DNA of 64,000 bases from Eubacteriales bacterium (GCA_045542115.1 JAZQKK010000011.1:15190-79189), one strand, 5' to 3'. Positions 26,945-36,068 are shown, numbered from the stretch's first letter. Made by a program: numbers and translations. Notes: generated by a model not told the origin, from the sequence alone.

Positions 26945-27532
26945 TTAGTTATACATAAAACTACACCTCACCGCAACATATTCCATAGAAAGGGTGTCGC
27001 GGCAAAAGAGTGTTAAATCGTAATCCCTGCTGATAAGCCAGTTGCTCTTGGCACGTTTGGATCGGTCGACCCGGCTAACGGTATAGGAAAACTGTGTTCC
27101 CGTCATATCCGTTACGATGATAACGGTTCCGTTGTCGATTTTGTCGCAGAATGAAAATTGATGAGAGTTGTCCGCACCGCCAATCACCAACGAGTGATCA
27201 TAGCAGCTACCGTAAAATCGAGCCGGTGAATTATAAAGTTTTTGGCTGTTCCACGCATCTGCCACCGGCAACGAAAGATTTAACGAAGGAATCTCTATCA
27301 GTGCCACATAGTCTACGTCATTGATCTCCAAAACCGGCATATTAGGATTTGAGGATATCTCAGGCACACCTACTGTCCTTTCAGGTAATAATTCTCCCAT
27401 TCTCGTCACAACTCTTCGACTTTCATTAGCGCCGATCTGTGTGCGAATTTGAAGGCCAACAATCAGAGCAAAACTAAGGACGACCAGGCAGATACCCAAA
27501 ACAAGAACGATTGGGAATTTTCCTTTTTTCAT
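26945..27532 (-). CDS. Divergent small sortase-family transpeptidase
   Basis: N-terminal TM segment. Sortase-like blocks are ALIEIPSLNLSLPV, LVIGGADNSHQF (canonical GH(R/T) is absent), LTLFC (compare TLxTC) and YVAVRC. Its start overlaps the minor-pilin stop by 4 nt. Confidence 0.6.
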   Translation of the reverse strand: MKKGKFPIVLVLGICLVVLSFALIVGLQIRTQIGANESRRVVTRMGELLPERTVGVPEISSNPNMPVLEINDVDYVALIEIPSLNLSLPVADAWNSQKLYNSPARFYGSCYDHSLVIGGADNSHQFSFCDKIDNGTVIIVTDMTGTQFSYTVSRVDRSKRAKSNWLISRDYDLTLFCRDTLSMEYVAVRCSFMYN

Positions 27533-28458
27533 AACTGCTTATGCCTCCTGTTGTATATACCAAGAGCAATCAGCATAATGCCGGATATACACATCAGCAT
27601 AATATACAGCGTTATATTGGAGGTATCTCCGGTGTGCGGATTGTCTGGAAGTTCCTGATTGGATTTATGTGTGTTAATAATTGAGAAGGTTCCACCATTT
27701 TTCTGTACAGTTATATTATATTCTTCCGGAACAGACCGTTCTACCACCGCCCAATTACTTTGTTCTTCATCGGATACATACCAAACATAAGACCAATTGT
27801 TACTTGCACCCAGAATCTGTGTTTCCCACAATTCACCGTTTTTATAAATGTCTACTGTAATCTCCTCAGGACGATCCTCCTTGTTTCCTGCATCCCGCCA
27901 AAGCTTTGTAACTCTGTATTCGGTTTTGGGAACATAATCCACACACTTGGGCTTTGCCTCAACATCATAGTCAAAAGAGCCATCCGTCTGAGGGGTAGGA
28001 AGGTAAACCATAAATTGGTCAAATACATAGGTGCCACTGTTGTTTTCCGCGACCGCCTCACGGACAAGGTATAAGCCTGTTTCCAAATGCTCAAAAACTG
28101 CGGTTCCGGTATCGTTTGTCGTTGCCTCTCGATAGGGCAGAAGCTGATTGGCAACAATATATGCGTTTAGTGTAACGGCGATGTTTTTCCACTGCTCTTG
28201 CACGGTGATATCGTGAATGTTGATCGGGTAGGAAGAAAACGGCTCTATCAGTTCAAATGTACCGTCTGTAAAGGCTTCGGCAACTCGGTAGATGCTGATT
28301 TGAAGGTCAGAAAATGCCCGATCCTCTTTTTGATAATACAGTGTTAAACTGGCCTCGGCCGCAGGATTCAAAGGGGTTGCCGCATATCCATATAATGGGC
28401 AAAACATTGCTATGCAAAAAACGACCAAGCATATAAATAGTGTAATTTGTTTTCTCAT
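27529..28458 (-). CDS. Minor (base-type) pilin with a Cna-B domain and a non-canonical NPHTG sorting signal
   Basis: Signal peptide present. TGLYLVRE is E-box-like. The Cna-B-like segment is YRVTKLWRDAGNKEDRPEEITVDIYKNGE...NWSYVW. The C-terminus is LPDNPHTGD, then a hydrophobic stretch, then NRRHKQL. Confidence 0.7.
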   Translation of the reverse strand: MRKQITLFICLVVFCIAMFCPLYGYAATPLNPAAEASLTLYYQKEDRAFSDLQISIYRVAEAFTDGTFELIEPFSSYPINIHDITVQEQWKNIAVTLNAYIVANQLLPYREATTNDTGTAVFEHLETGLYLVREAVAENNSGTYVFDQFMVYLPTPQTDGSFDYDVEAKPKCVDYVPKTEYRVTKLWRDAGNKEDRPEEITVDIYKNGELWETQILGASNNWSYVWYVSDEEQSNWAVVERSVPEEYNITVQKNGGTFSIINTHKSNQELPDNPHTGDTSNITLYIMLMCISGIMLIALGIYNRRHKQL

Positions 28459-29288
28459 AAGTTTTCTTCCCCCAAGGATTCTTTCTTTACGGGTGCAAAC
28501 ATAACATAAACCAGCAGCACAAAAATAATCGGAAGTGCAACAATAGGCATAACAACCAACGGTTCAATACGATATGCCTCGTTGGCAATATACAAATTTC
28601 GCGTCTGCGTTGCATCGACCTGATGCCCACGCACCAAAAGACGTTGTGTGTTGATGCCGTAAGGTGTGCAGGTTAATAGAGTGCAGTAATCCTTTCCGTC
28701 CTTTATTTGAATCAAACTTGCGTCATCAGGTTCAACAATACGTATTTGATCTACCTCGTACGTAATTGTTCGGTCAAGAATCGTAAAGTAAAATATATCG
28801 CCAATCTCCATCCTATCCAGATGGGTAAACAAAACCGCCGTAGGCAGACCGCGATGAGCAGAAACTACACAATGTGTATTCTCACCGCCCACCGGCAAAC
28901 TGGTTCCTTGCAGGTGCCCTACCGCAACGCTAAGCACGCCATCGGATGTTCCGTGATAAACAGGCAATTCCTGACTGATCTTTGGCACCGTGATGTATCC
29001 CATCATACCAGTGCCGCCAACATTCAGAATGCTGTTATAATCAGGCAAGCGGTTGTGTTCCACGAGTGGCTCATTCAGCTGCGAAAGCTGTTTGTTATAG
29101 GCATCAGCTTCTGCAAAAATGGCGGTATAATCCTCCGGCTTGTACTGCGACAACATAGACTCGTAGTCAACAATGGCCTCACTTTGTGTCTTGGAATTCC
29201 AATAGCTGCTAATAGATGGGTATAACAGCACGGACAGACCTATGAAAAAAGAAACGAGTAGTATAATCGTCGATTTTTTACTTCTCAT
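28455..29288 (-). CDS. Class C (pilus-polymerising) sortase
   Basis: N-terminal TM segment. VVSAHRG carries the catalytic His, CTLLTCTPYGINTQRLLVRG carries TLxTC and Arg, and a C-terminal TM anchor is present. Confidence 0.9.
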   Translation of the reverse strand: MRSKKSTIILLVSFFIGLSVLLYPSISSYWNSKTQSEAIVDYESMLSQYKPEDYTAIFAEADAYNKQLSQLNEPLVEHNRLPDYNSILNVGGTGMMGYITVPKISQELPVYHGTSDGVLSVAVGHLQGTSLPVGGENTHCVVSAHRGLPTAVLFTHLDRMEIGDIFYFTILDRTITYEVDQIRIVEPDDASLIQIKDGKDYCTLLTCTPYGINTQRLLVRGHQVDATQTRNLYIANEAYRIEPLVVMPIVALPIIFVLLVYVMFAPVKKESLGEENL

Positions 29289-29315
29289 AAGCCCCTCCCT
29301 AATGTTATGGATTGC

Positions 29316-29342
29316 CCCGGCAGGAGCAAAGCCCCTGCCGGG
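29316..29342 (-). other. GC-rich stem-loop between the major pilin and sortase C genes (no U-tract)
   Basis: CCCGGCAGG / CCTGCCGGG 9-bp stem in the 83-bp intercistronic gap. Confidence 0.5.
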
Positions 29343-29371
29343 ATTGCATTATGTCATCAGAATGTTTGGGA

Positions 29372-30823
29372 TTAGTCCTTGATCATAGACATTCTCTTCT
29401 TGGTAACCAGCAGAACACCGGCACCCAGAATTACGATTGTACCGAAGGTAATGAACAGAACGGTACCCATACCGCCGGTCTCAGGCAGCATAGAGCCGGT
29501 CTTGTTGACTACGTGGACACCGGAACCGGTGGAGTAGACACCGTCATTGAACACGGCGTCCAAGTTGGCGTCGGAAACGATGAATTTCTGGCGGGCAGAC
29601 AGTATGTTGTAGCCGTCGGGTGCCACAGTTTCTTCCAGATAATAAGTACCGTTGTCCAGACCTACAATACGGATCTGACCGTTGGTAACCACAATGGAAA
29701 CACCTTGCTCATCGGCTCTTGCGCGGCGGTAACCGGTCTGATTGTCCGTCAAAACAACTTTGACTTCGTTGCCACCTGTAGCGGCATCATAAATCTTAAA
29801 CTCTGCACCGTCAATCAGCTTGTTGGCAGAGTCGGTCTTGATGATGTCAACACCGTAAGTATAAGTAGTAACAGCATCTTCATTAGACACACCGCCATCA
29901 CCAAAAGTCAGCCACGCGGTGTTCAGGTTGCCGTCTTCGTTGATCACAGCGTTGCGGTTCAGCATTGCAGTGTAGTAAACGATGATTTTGTCGTTGGTTT
30001 CCAGTTCGTCACAGAATTCTTTGGTGAAGTAAACCTCGAAGGTGCAACCGTCGGTTGCATCTGTACCGGTCTTCACTTCATACAGAGCTTCGTCGGCTAC
30101 GTGGGTGCCGGTGCCGGGAACAACGTGCTCGATCTTGGAAACGTCAATGTATGTCAGACCGGTATCCATTACATCGTGCAGAACGTAGTTTTCAGCACCT
30201 GCGTGAACGTTGATGGTGACGCGGTATTCAATGGTCTGACCAATATCAGAGGTGTTGGTTGCGCCCCACTGGGCAGTGGAATCTTCGTTGACCTGCTTGT
30301 CGATGGTGGGAATACCGTTCTTCGCGTTGATAGAAGCGTGGGGGTTGGTGGTAGTCAAGCCGCACAGTGCGCCCATAGTGGAGTCTACAAGGTAGTAGCC
30401 AAGTTCAAGACCGTCAAATTTTCCGGTCGTTCCGGTAATAACAAATTCGCCGGTGTTTTCAGAGGACTTTACAGGATCAATGCCATTTGCCTTTGCGTGA
30501 GCCAGTGCAAGTTTTGCAAAAGCTGCCTTGGTGTCATCATCTTCTGCTGCTACCCAGGTCACATAACCGTCAGCATCAGTAGCCATATATGCTTTTGCAC
30601 CGTCAGTTGTGAAGAATGCAGTCCAGGTCGCGTTTGCCTTGTAGGAGTATGCGCCTGCGTCTACATCATAGCTTTCCAGATCCAACAGCTTGTAGATCTC
30701 ATAGGTAGTGTCGGTGCCCACACCGTTAATGGTGATAGCGCCGGTTTCTTCCGCAGCAAAAGCAGTAACGGATAGGGATGCGATCAGCATCAGAGAAAGA
30801 ATAACGGAAATAATCTTTTTCAT
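29372..30823 (-). CDS. Major pilin (SpaA/backbone type), LPETG sorting signal
   Basis: Signal peptide ...VTAFAAE. The canonical E-box is GTYYLEETVAPDGY. The C-terminus is LPETGG, then a hydrophobic stretch, then KKRMSMIKD. Confidence 0.85.
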   Translation of the reverse strand: MKKIISVILSLMLIASLSVTAFAAEETGAITINGVGTDTTYEIYKLLDLESYDVDAGAYSYKANATWTAFFTTDGAKAYMATDADGYVTWVAAEDDDTKAAFAKLALAHAKANGIDPVKSSENTGEFVITGTTGKFDGLELGYYLVDSTMGALCGLTTTNPHASINAKNGIPTIDKQVNEDSTAQWGATNTSDIGQTIEYRVTINVHAGAENYVLHDVMDTGLTYIDVSKIEHVVPGTGTHVADEALYEVKTGTDATDGCTFEVYFTKEFCDELETNDKIIVYYTAMLNRNAVINEDGNLNTAWLTFGDGGVSNEDAVTTYTYGVDIIKTDSANKLIDGAEFKIYDAATGGNEVKVVLTDNQTGYRRARADEQGVSIVVTNGQIRIVGLDNGTYYLEETVAPDGYNILSARQKFIVSDANLDAVFNDGVYSTGSGVHVVNKTGSMLPETGGMGTVLFITFGTIVILGAGVLLVTKKRMSMIKD

Positions 30824-30901
30824 TGTTTTAGTTCCTTTCTAAAAGAATTTTTTGTTATTGGAGAATCGAATTTACGCGCAATATTTGCCGCGATCAGAAG
30901 G

Positions 30902-33900
30902 CTATTCAAACCTCCTTTCCCGCTTGCGCCTTGATCCGATTCCATATGCCAGTGTGCCCAGAATGGTTGCTGAGCCACACAGTACATACATCAGTCGGGC
31001 CGGGGAGCCGGTTGAAGGAAGCTCAGGACCGCCCGGGTGGTAAGTGTTTGTGATGATGATGGAGTAGGTAGGTGGCGAGCCGCTACTGGCTTGAACTTCT
31101 CCGTAAGTCGTGGACCACTTTTCCTTTTCCCAAACCTCATCCACAGTGTACTGAATGACGGTTCCGTTGGTATCCTTATAGGGTAAACCTTGGAAAGCGC
31201 CTTGCCAATTGTTTTTCAGGTTTAACGTTATGCTACGTCCGGTATCGACACCATTTGCAAACAGACGCACAGTTACGGCAAATTCCTGATACAGCTTTGA
31301 ATCGTAGCCTTCGGGAATCACCCATTCCTTTGTTACCGCAACGGCAGTTTCGTTATCGGAATCCAGCGGTGTATTGGTAATCTGGTAGGCCCAGTCCTCA
31401 ACTTGCTGGATGTCCGTTTGGGTGATTTTCTTCATAGGTGTCAGGATCAACCCGCCGGAGCTGCCGTTAGTGGTACTGATTCGGCCATTGCTATTGATGC
31501 CGGAGGAAGCCATATAGTACTTGGTGCTGCTGCTGTTATTGCGTGTCGCGTAGAAACGGAACCCGGTACCGGCATCTACCGGCGTAAATGTCTGGACACC
31601 GGAATTGTCGGTTGTAGCATAGAAGTAACGACTACTGGAACGGCTGCTGTACACAAAGGTCAGCGTCTGTCCTGCTTCGTTGGTAAATTTCACCTTTCCT
31701 CCGCTGACAGTTACAGTCCAGGTCGCTAATGCAGATCCCTTGGCGGTAGCTTCATCAACCCAAGTCAGTTTTGCATCGGTTGCTGAGACCGTAGAAAGGT
31801 ATCCGTTGCTATGCCGCAAGATGTAACTTTCGCCGTTAACAAAGCTGGCGGCCTCCGCCCACTCTGTTTTCGATATCTCGATCTGCGTGATCTTTCGGAC
31901 AGTAGAGTAGTAACCGGATTCGTAGGATTCTTCAATACTGTACTGAACTTCGGTCAAGGTGTCGTAATCATACTTGGGCAGGTTGGTCCAGGTGTACATC
32001 CAACCGTTTTCATCGCTGAGGGTGATCTCCCGGATCCTGCGAACCGTTCCGTCGGGATCGGTCACGGTCAGATATGCTTGAATGTAATCACCGCTGTGGT
32101 CGACGGTGTCTTCCCACTTTTTGATGACCTGCACCGTTGTGGTGTCAGTTACCGTATCCGGTGCATTGGTAACAACGATGTAGACCCGTTGGCTCTGCTC
32201 GTCAATGCTGACGCCGTGAACAGTAAAGCCGGGAGAAGGATCGTCTACCACCTCTACGTGGTAGGTAGCTTGGCCGTATTTATCAATGGTAATCTGGATC
32301 GTCCCTTGGGGGGTGGAGTAACCTACCGCTGCGGGTGGCCCTGTCTCCTTGATGTGATAAGTCTTGCTGGGGCTCAAACCCCACATATGCGCAACACCAT
32401 TTGTAACTGTGAAGGTGTTGGTAGCAGCATCCCCCTGCTCGTAAGCGGCTTCACTGGTGTAAAGCTCCGCAGGAACTGTACAAGACGCATCTGTGTACAC
32501 AGAGAACTGTGCCCCGTCCAGCAGCTGCTGAGTCAGGACATCCTCCTTTTGGATATCCAGACTGTATCGGGGTGCCAGGTTAAAGTAAATTGCACAGTTG
32601 GAACTGGATGCGCCACGCTCCAAATACAGCACCGTCATAACGTGTTCGCCGGCAGAAATATCCACGGTTTCCACAACTCTGTCCTGAACGGAGACCTCAC
32701 CGGTGGTGAAATTGATATCCCCGGTTTCCACACCGTGGATACCGCCGATATCCAACACCAGTTCTCCGTCGATCAGCACCCACACATCATCGTCACCGGA
32801 GAAATGGAAGTGCATATCATTGCCGTAGATATCCTTGTTGCCGTCGATTCCGGTATCATCCGGCAAATTGAACCGGATATCCGTCTTCATACCATAAGCA
32901 AAGTTTGCAAGGACTTGGTCGCTATTTGAATAGCCGGAGGCATATTGGAAGTGATTCACACCTGCGTATTCCCCGTTAATGCCGTTATAGGTGTATGTAG
33001 CGGTATTGTTTCCGTTGGTATTGGCATAGGGGGAGTTTAGCGGCAGAAAACCGGAATTGGTAGAGCCAACCGAATCAGAGGGGGCACTTAAATATTCGTA
33101 AACATAGAACCGCCCCAAGCTTTGGTTGTAGGATGCCGCATTGCGCTGGGAATCGTAGTAGTAATACCCGTAGTATTCATCGTTGGGATCGGTCATAATC
33201 TGGAACAGATGGTCGCCCGTTCCCAAATATTTTTTACCCAGGGAATCTTCCGTATCGAACAGCGCATAGTAGCGTGCCGTGTTATAGATTCCGCTGGTAA
33301 CGATACCGGCACCAGGATATGTATTGTGGGTCTGACGGTTGTTGGAGTAAGCCAAATTGCCGTTTCGATAGTTGGGAGCACCATCAATAAATACGAAATT
33401 CAGTGTCTCCCGATCCATATATCCCACATTTCCGCTGTTGATTGTAGACCAGGTTTCTGAATGGGACGATGCGCCCACCGTTATCTGTGCCTCGGAAGAC
33501 AAGATATTAAACAGGGAATTATAGTCAAACAGGTGCGTGGTGATAAATTCATTGGTACTGACCGTATCGGCCACATAGGCGTTAAATTGACCGATATCAT
33601 AGGTGGCGGCGACCCAATCAGCATACAGCACTGCGTTACCGGTTACCTCCATTTCTCCGCCAGCGGAATAGTACCGATTGTTGGTTATATCGTACCAGCC
33701 CTGTAACTTGTAACTGTACTTACTGGGAGAGGTCCATTCGGTAGGCAACTTCAAAATACTGCCACCCTGAACGGTATAAGGGGTGTCCGGTGACCCGGTC
33801 AGAAACGCAAGGCCTCCATCCGTACCATCCAACCAAATCGTATAGTCCGTTGCTACTACGGAGGGCTCGTCCAACACCGTAATACTATCTGCTTCTGTAA

Positions 33901-34675
33901 TGACTCCATACCCCATAATGGCGGGATCGTTAAGAAGATATTGTGTTTCTCCAACAGCGTTGTCTAAATCACCCTCAATGACTGTAATCGATGTATCGTC
34001 GATGCCGACGATAATTGCCACCGCATTCGCGCTTTGGCTTGCTGATTCCCCCTTGTGAAGAAAAACGATATTTCCGATTTCCGGGGATCGTTCTTGTGCG
34101 CTTTTGTAAAGTTCTTCTGCGATCCACTCTAACCGCATAGATTCGGGACCTGCATTTATCGGCAAATCCGTTGCACCTGCATATTCAAGGCAGAAGGAAA
34201 CGAACATTGCCGACCAATCCCCGTAGGGGTTCCCGTACCATTGTCCATAGCGGGTGATCCCTCTACGAACACCATTAGCATCCACCTGGAAATTCAGCGT
34301 ACTTTCGGTATAGCCCAGCTGAGACTGAGCAACCAAAACCACATTTTCCTTGGTAGTGGGGCCCCGGACCATATCGGCCAAAGTCATTTCCCAATCATCA
34401 CTTGTTTCCAGGTCTGCGGTAATGTCGCTGTAACAATCGGCTGTATGTATATGCTCCTCTATGGTGCAGTTGACACATTCTTCGCCGTGGACGTGTTCTT
34501 TCTTTCCGCAGAACGCTTCCCCTGCTATACCGATGCCGGTAAGTTTCAAACTCCAAAAGACGATCAATACAACGATCAAAGAAAGGGTCGGGATGATCTG
34601 CCGGAGATTATGGCGGTCTCGATTGATTATATTGAGTTGTTCTAAAAGTTTTTGTCCCTTCTCTGGCAAGATCAC
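30902..34675 (-). CDS. Pilus tip adhesin (1257 aa): Cys/His-rich segment, CHAP-like domain, PA14/fibro-slime domain, Cna-B/Ig repeats, LPSTG signal
   Basis: YGQWYGNPYGDWSAMFVSFCLEYAG is CHAP-like. FHFSGDDDVWVLIDGELVLDIGGIHG is the fibro-slime/PA14 motif. VQVIKKWEDT... and VAVTKEWVIPEGY... are Cna-B repeats. The C-terminus is LPSTG, then a hydrophobic stretch, then RRKRERRFE. Confidence 0.8.
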   Translation of the reverse strand: MILPEKGQKLLEQLNIINRDRHNLRQIIPTLSLIVVLIVFWSLKLTGIGIAGEAFCGKKEHVHGEECVNCTIEEHIHTADCYSDITADLETSDDWEMTLADMVRGPTTKENVVLVAQSQLGYTESTLNFQVDANGVRRGITRYGQWYGNPYGDWSAMFVSFCLEYAGATDLPINAGPESMRLEWIAEELYKSAQERSPEIGNIVFLHKGESASQSANAVAIIVGIDDTSITVIEGDLDNAVGETQYLLNDPAIMGYGVITEADSITVLDEPSVVATDYTIWLDGTDGGLAFLTGSPDTPYTVQGGSILKLPTEWTSPSKYSYKLQGWYDITNNRYYSAGGEMEVTGNAVLYADWVAATYDIGQFNAYVADTVSTNEFITTHLFDYNSLFNILSSEAQITVGASSHSETWSTINSGNVGYMDRETLNFVFIDGAPNYRNGNLAYSNNRQTHNTYPGAGIVTSGIYNTARYYALFDTEDSLGKKYLGTGDHLFQIMTDPNDEYYGYYYYDSQRNAASYNQSLGRFYVYEYLSAPSDSVGSTNSGFLPLNSPYANTNGNNTATYTYNGINGEYAGVNHFQYASGYSNSDQVLANFAYGMKTDIRFNLPDDTGIDGNKDIYGNDMHFHFSGDDDVWVLIDGELVLDIGGIHGVETGDINFTTGEVSVQDRVVETVDISAGEHVMTVLYLERGASSSNCAIYFNLAPRYSLDIQKEDVLTQQLLDGAQFSVYTDASCTVPAELYTSEAAYEQGDAATNTFTVTNGVAHMWGLSPSKTYHIKETGPPAAVGYSTPQGTIQITIDKYGQATYHVEVVDDPSPGFTVHGVSIDEQSQRVYIVVTNAPDTVTDTTTVQVIKKWEDTVDHSGDYIQAYLTVTDPDGTVRRIREITLSDENGWMYTWTNLPKYDYDTLTEVQYSIEESYESGYYSTVRKITQIEISKTEWAEAASFVNGESYILRHSNGYLSTVSATDAKLTWVDEATAKGSALATWTVTVSGGKVKFTNEAGQTLTFVYSSRSSSRYFYATTDNSGVQTFTPVDAGTGFRFYATRNNSSSTKYYMASSGINSNGRISTTNGSSGGLILTPMKKITQTDIQQVEDWAYQITNTPLDSDNETAVAVTKEWVIPEGYDSKLYQEFAVTVRLFANGVDTGRSITLNLKNNWQGAFQGLPYKDTNGTVIQYTVDEVWEKEKWSTTYGEVQASSGSPPTYSIIITNTYHPGGPELPSTGSPARLMYVLCGSATILGTLAYGIGSRRKRERRFE

Positions 34676-34703
34676 ACCTCCTTTCCAATCGTTTTATTGG
34701 GTG

Positions 34704-35300
34704 TTAATCTATGAGCTTAAATTCTGATAAAGGCCAGAATTTGCAAAAAATCTCGCCAACGATTTGATCCTCGGGAATACAACCGATCACACTGCTGCGA
34801 CTATCAATTGAGGTTTCTCTTTTATCGCCCATCACAAAATAACAGTTTTCCGGTACCTGGTAAGGAAATTCAACGTCGCATTCCCCCAAAGCCTTCTCGC
34901 TAATGTACGGCTCGTCCAACGGGTTGCCGTTCAGAAAAACGGTACCGTCAGATTCGATCCAGATATAATCTCCCGGGGTGGCAATGACCCGCTTGATCAG
35001 AATTTTATTCGAGTAATAAAAGGCGCAAAGATCACCTGTTTGCAAATTCTTCTTTTTCACCAGCAAAACAAAGTCTCCATCGTTCAGATTTGGTTCCATA
35101 CTGGTGCCGGCAATTTGGAGAACCGGCAGAATCAAGGTGGCAACCAGGGCAGCAACCGCAGCAACAACGATCAATGCATTTACGGTGCTTTTAAGCAATT
35201 TGTGGAAGCGACGCTTATACCGTTCACGTTTTAATTCTTTTTGCAGAGCATCCATTGGCGGAAGCCCTTGATTGCTGTGTTTTCCTATGTATTTCTTCAT
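34704..35300 (-). CDS. Signal peptidase I (S26), pilus-operon associated
   Basis: GTSMEPNLNDGD carries the catalytic Ser box, ILIKRVIATPGD the Lys box, and GDKRETSIDSR is the GDNRxxSxDSR box. It lies 28 nt upstream of the tip adhesin gene. Confidence 0.9.
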   Translation of the reverse strand: MKKYIGKHSNQGLPPMDALQKELKRERYKRRFHKLLKSTVNALIVVAAVAALVATLILPVLQIAGTSMEPNLNDGDFVLLVKKKNLQTGDLCAFYYSNKILIKRVIATPGDYIWIESDGTVFLNGNPLDEPYISEKALGECDVEFPYQVPENCYFVMGDKRETSIDSRSSVIGCIPEDQIVGEIFCKFWPLSEFKLID

Positions 35301-35306
35301 ACGTTA

Positions 35307-35636
35307 TCATTCACCTTTAATGCGACTTGCCTCTTCCAAAGCTTGCGCGATAATCGCATCACTTTTCTTATAAGCTTCTTCCTCTATTTCTGCGGCACGT
35401 TTCTTTGCAGCATTGATATACATATCTGCTGCATCCTGCGCTGTCTGAAAAACGCCTTTTAAGTGCAAAGATGCTTCTGCAATTGAACCCAAGGTGGAAA
35501 TGTTAATGTCCTGATCAATTAAACGCCGCTCTACTTTCTCTAAGGCTACTTGTAATTTGTCAGCACGTTCTGTTTGAATAATAAGCAGTTCCAAAAGCTC
35601 ATAGCGATTTAGTTTTTTTAACTCTTTCTCCGTCAC
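35307..35636 (-). CDS. Small coiled-coil protein of unknown function, first gene of the pilus operon
   Basis: 109 aa with a heptad-like, charged sequence (ELKKLNRYELLELLIIQTERADKLQVALEKVERRL...AAKKRAAEIEEEAYKK). It lies 6 nt upstream of the signal peptidase gene. Confidence 0.5.
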   Translation of the reverse strand: MTEKELKKLNRYELLELLIIQTERADKLQVALEKVERRLIDQDINISTLGSIAEASLHLKGVFQTAQDAADMYINAAKKRAAEIEEEAYKKSDAIIAQALEEASRIKGE

Positions 35637-36068
35637 AGAATATACCTCTTTTCATTATCGAATAACAAAAAAGCAAAGCCACCAAAGAGGTATGGCAAAC
35701 CATATCTCTAAGATGACTTTTGAGATCTAAATAAGGGTGCAGAGCAAAAATGGGTACAGTTATTCTGTCTGTCAAGACATTGTACCACACTGCCATTTCA
35801 AATTGCAACTCCTTCTCTTACGTGTTTGCATATAATTATAGATATTACATTATATTATATCACAAGAGTATATATCTTTCAACTGTTTCTTTCATTTTTC
35901 CCAAAAAGTTTGGAATTGTTTTCGTGCTCAGTGTAGCAGATAATCAAATCGGCACGGTCAACCATCTCCTTTGGAAAAAATTTGGAAAATTTGAGAAAGC
36001 TATTGATTTCTTTGTCGGGGATGTGGTACAATAGAGATGCGAAAATAGTATGGGGTGGAGTGTGTTAT

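Noticed and set aside
29312-30775. A 487-aa plus-strand ORF opposite the major pilin gene.
   Set aside because: The minus-strand product has a signal peptide, an E-box and an LPETG sorting signal. The plus-strand product is a Val/Gly/Cys-rich shadow frame.
23782-36000. An intact integrative element, prophage or ICE at tRNA-Trp.
   Set aside because: No integrase/recombinase, excisionase, relaxase, phage structural or transposase ORF is recognisable on either strand. No distal copy of the 22-mer is found in the window. Only a degraded or mosaic island can be claimed.
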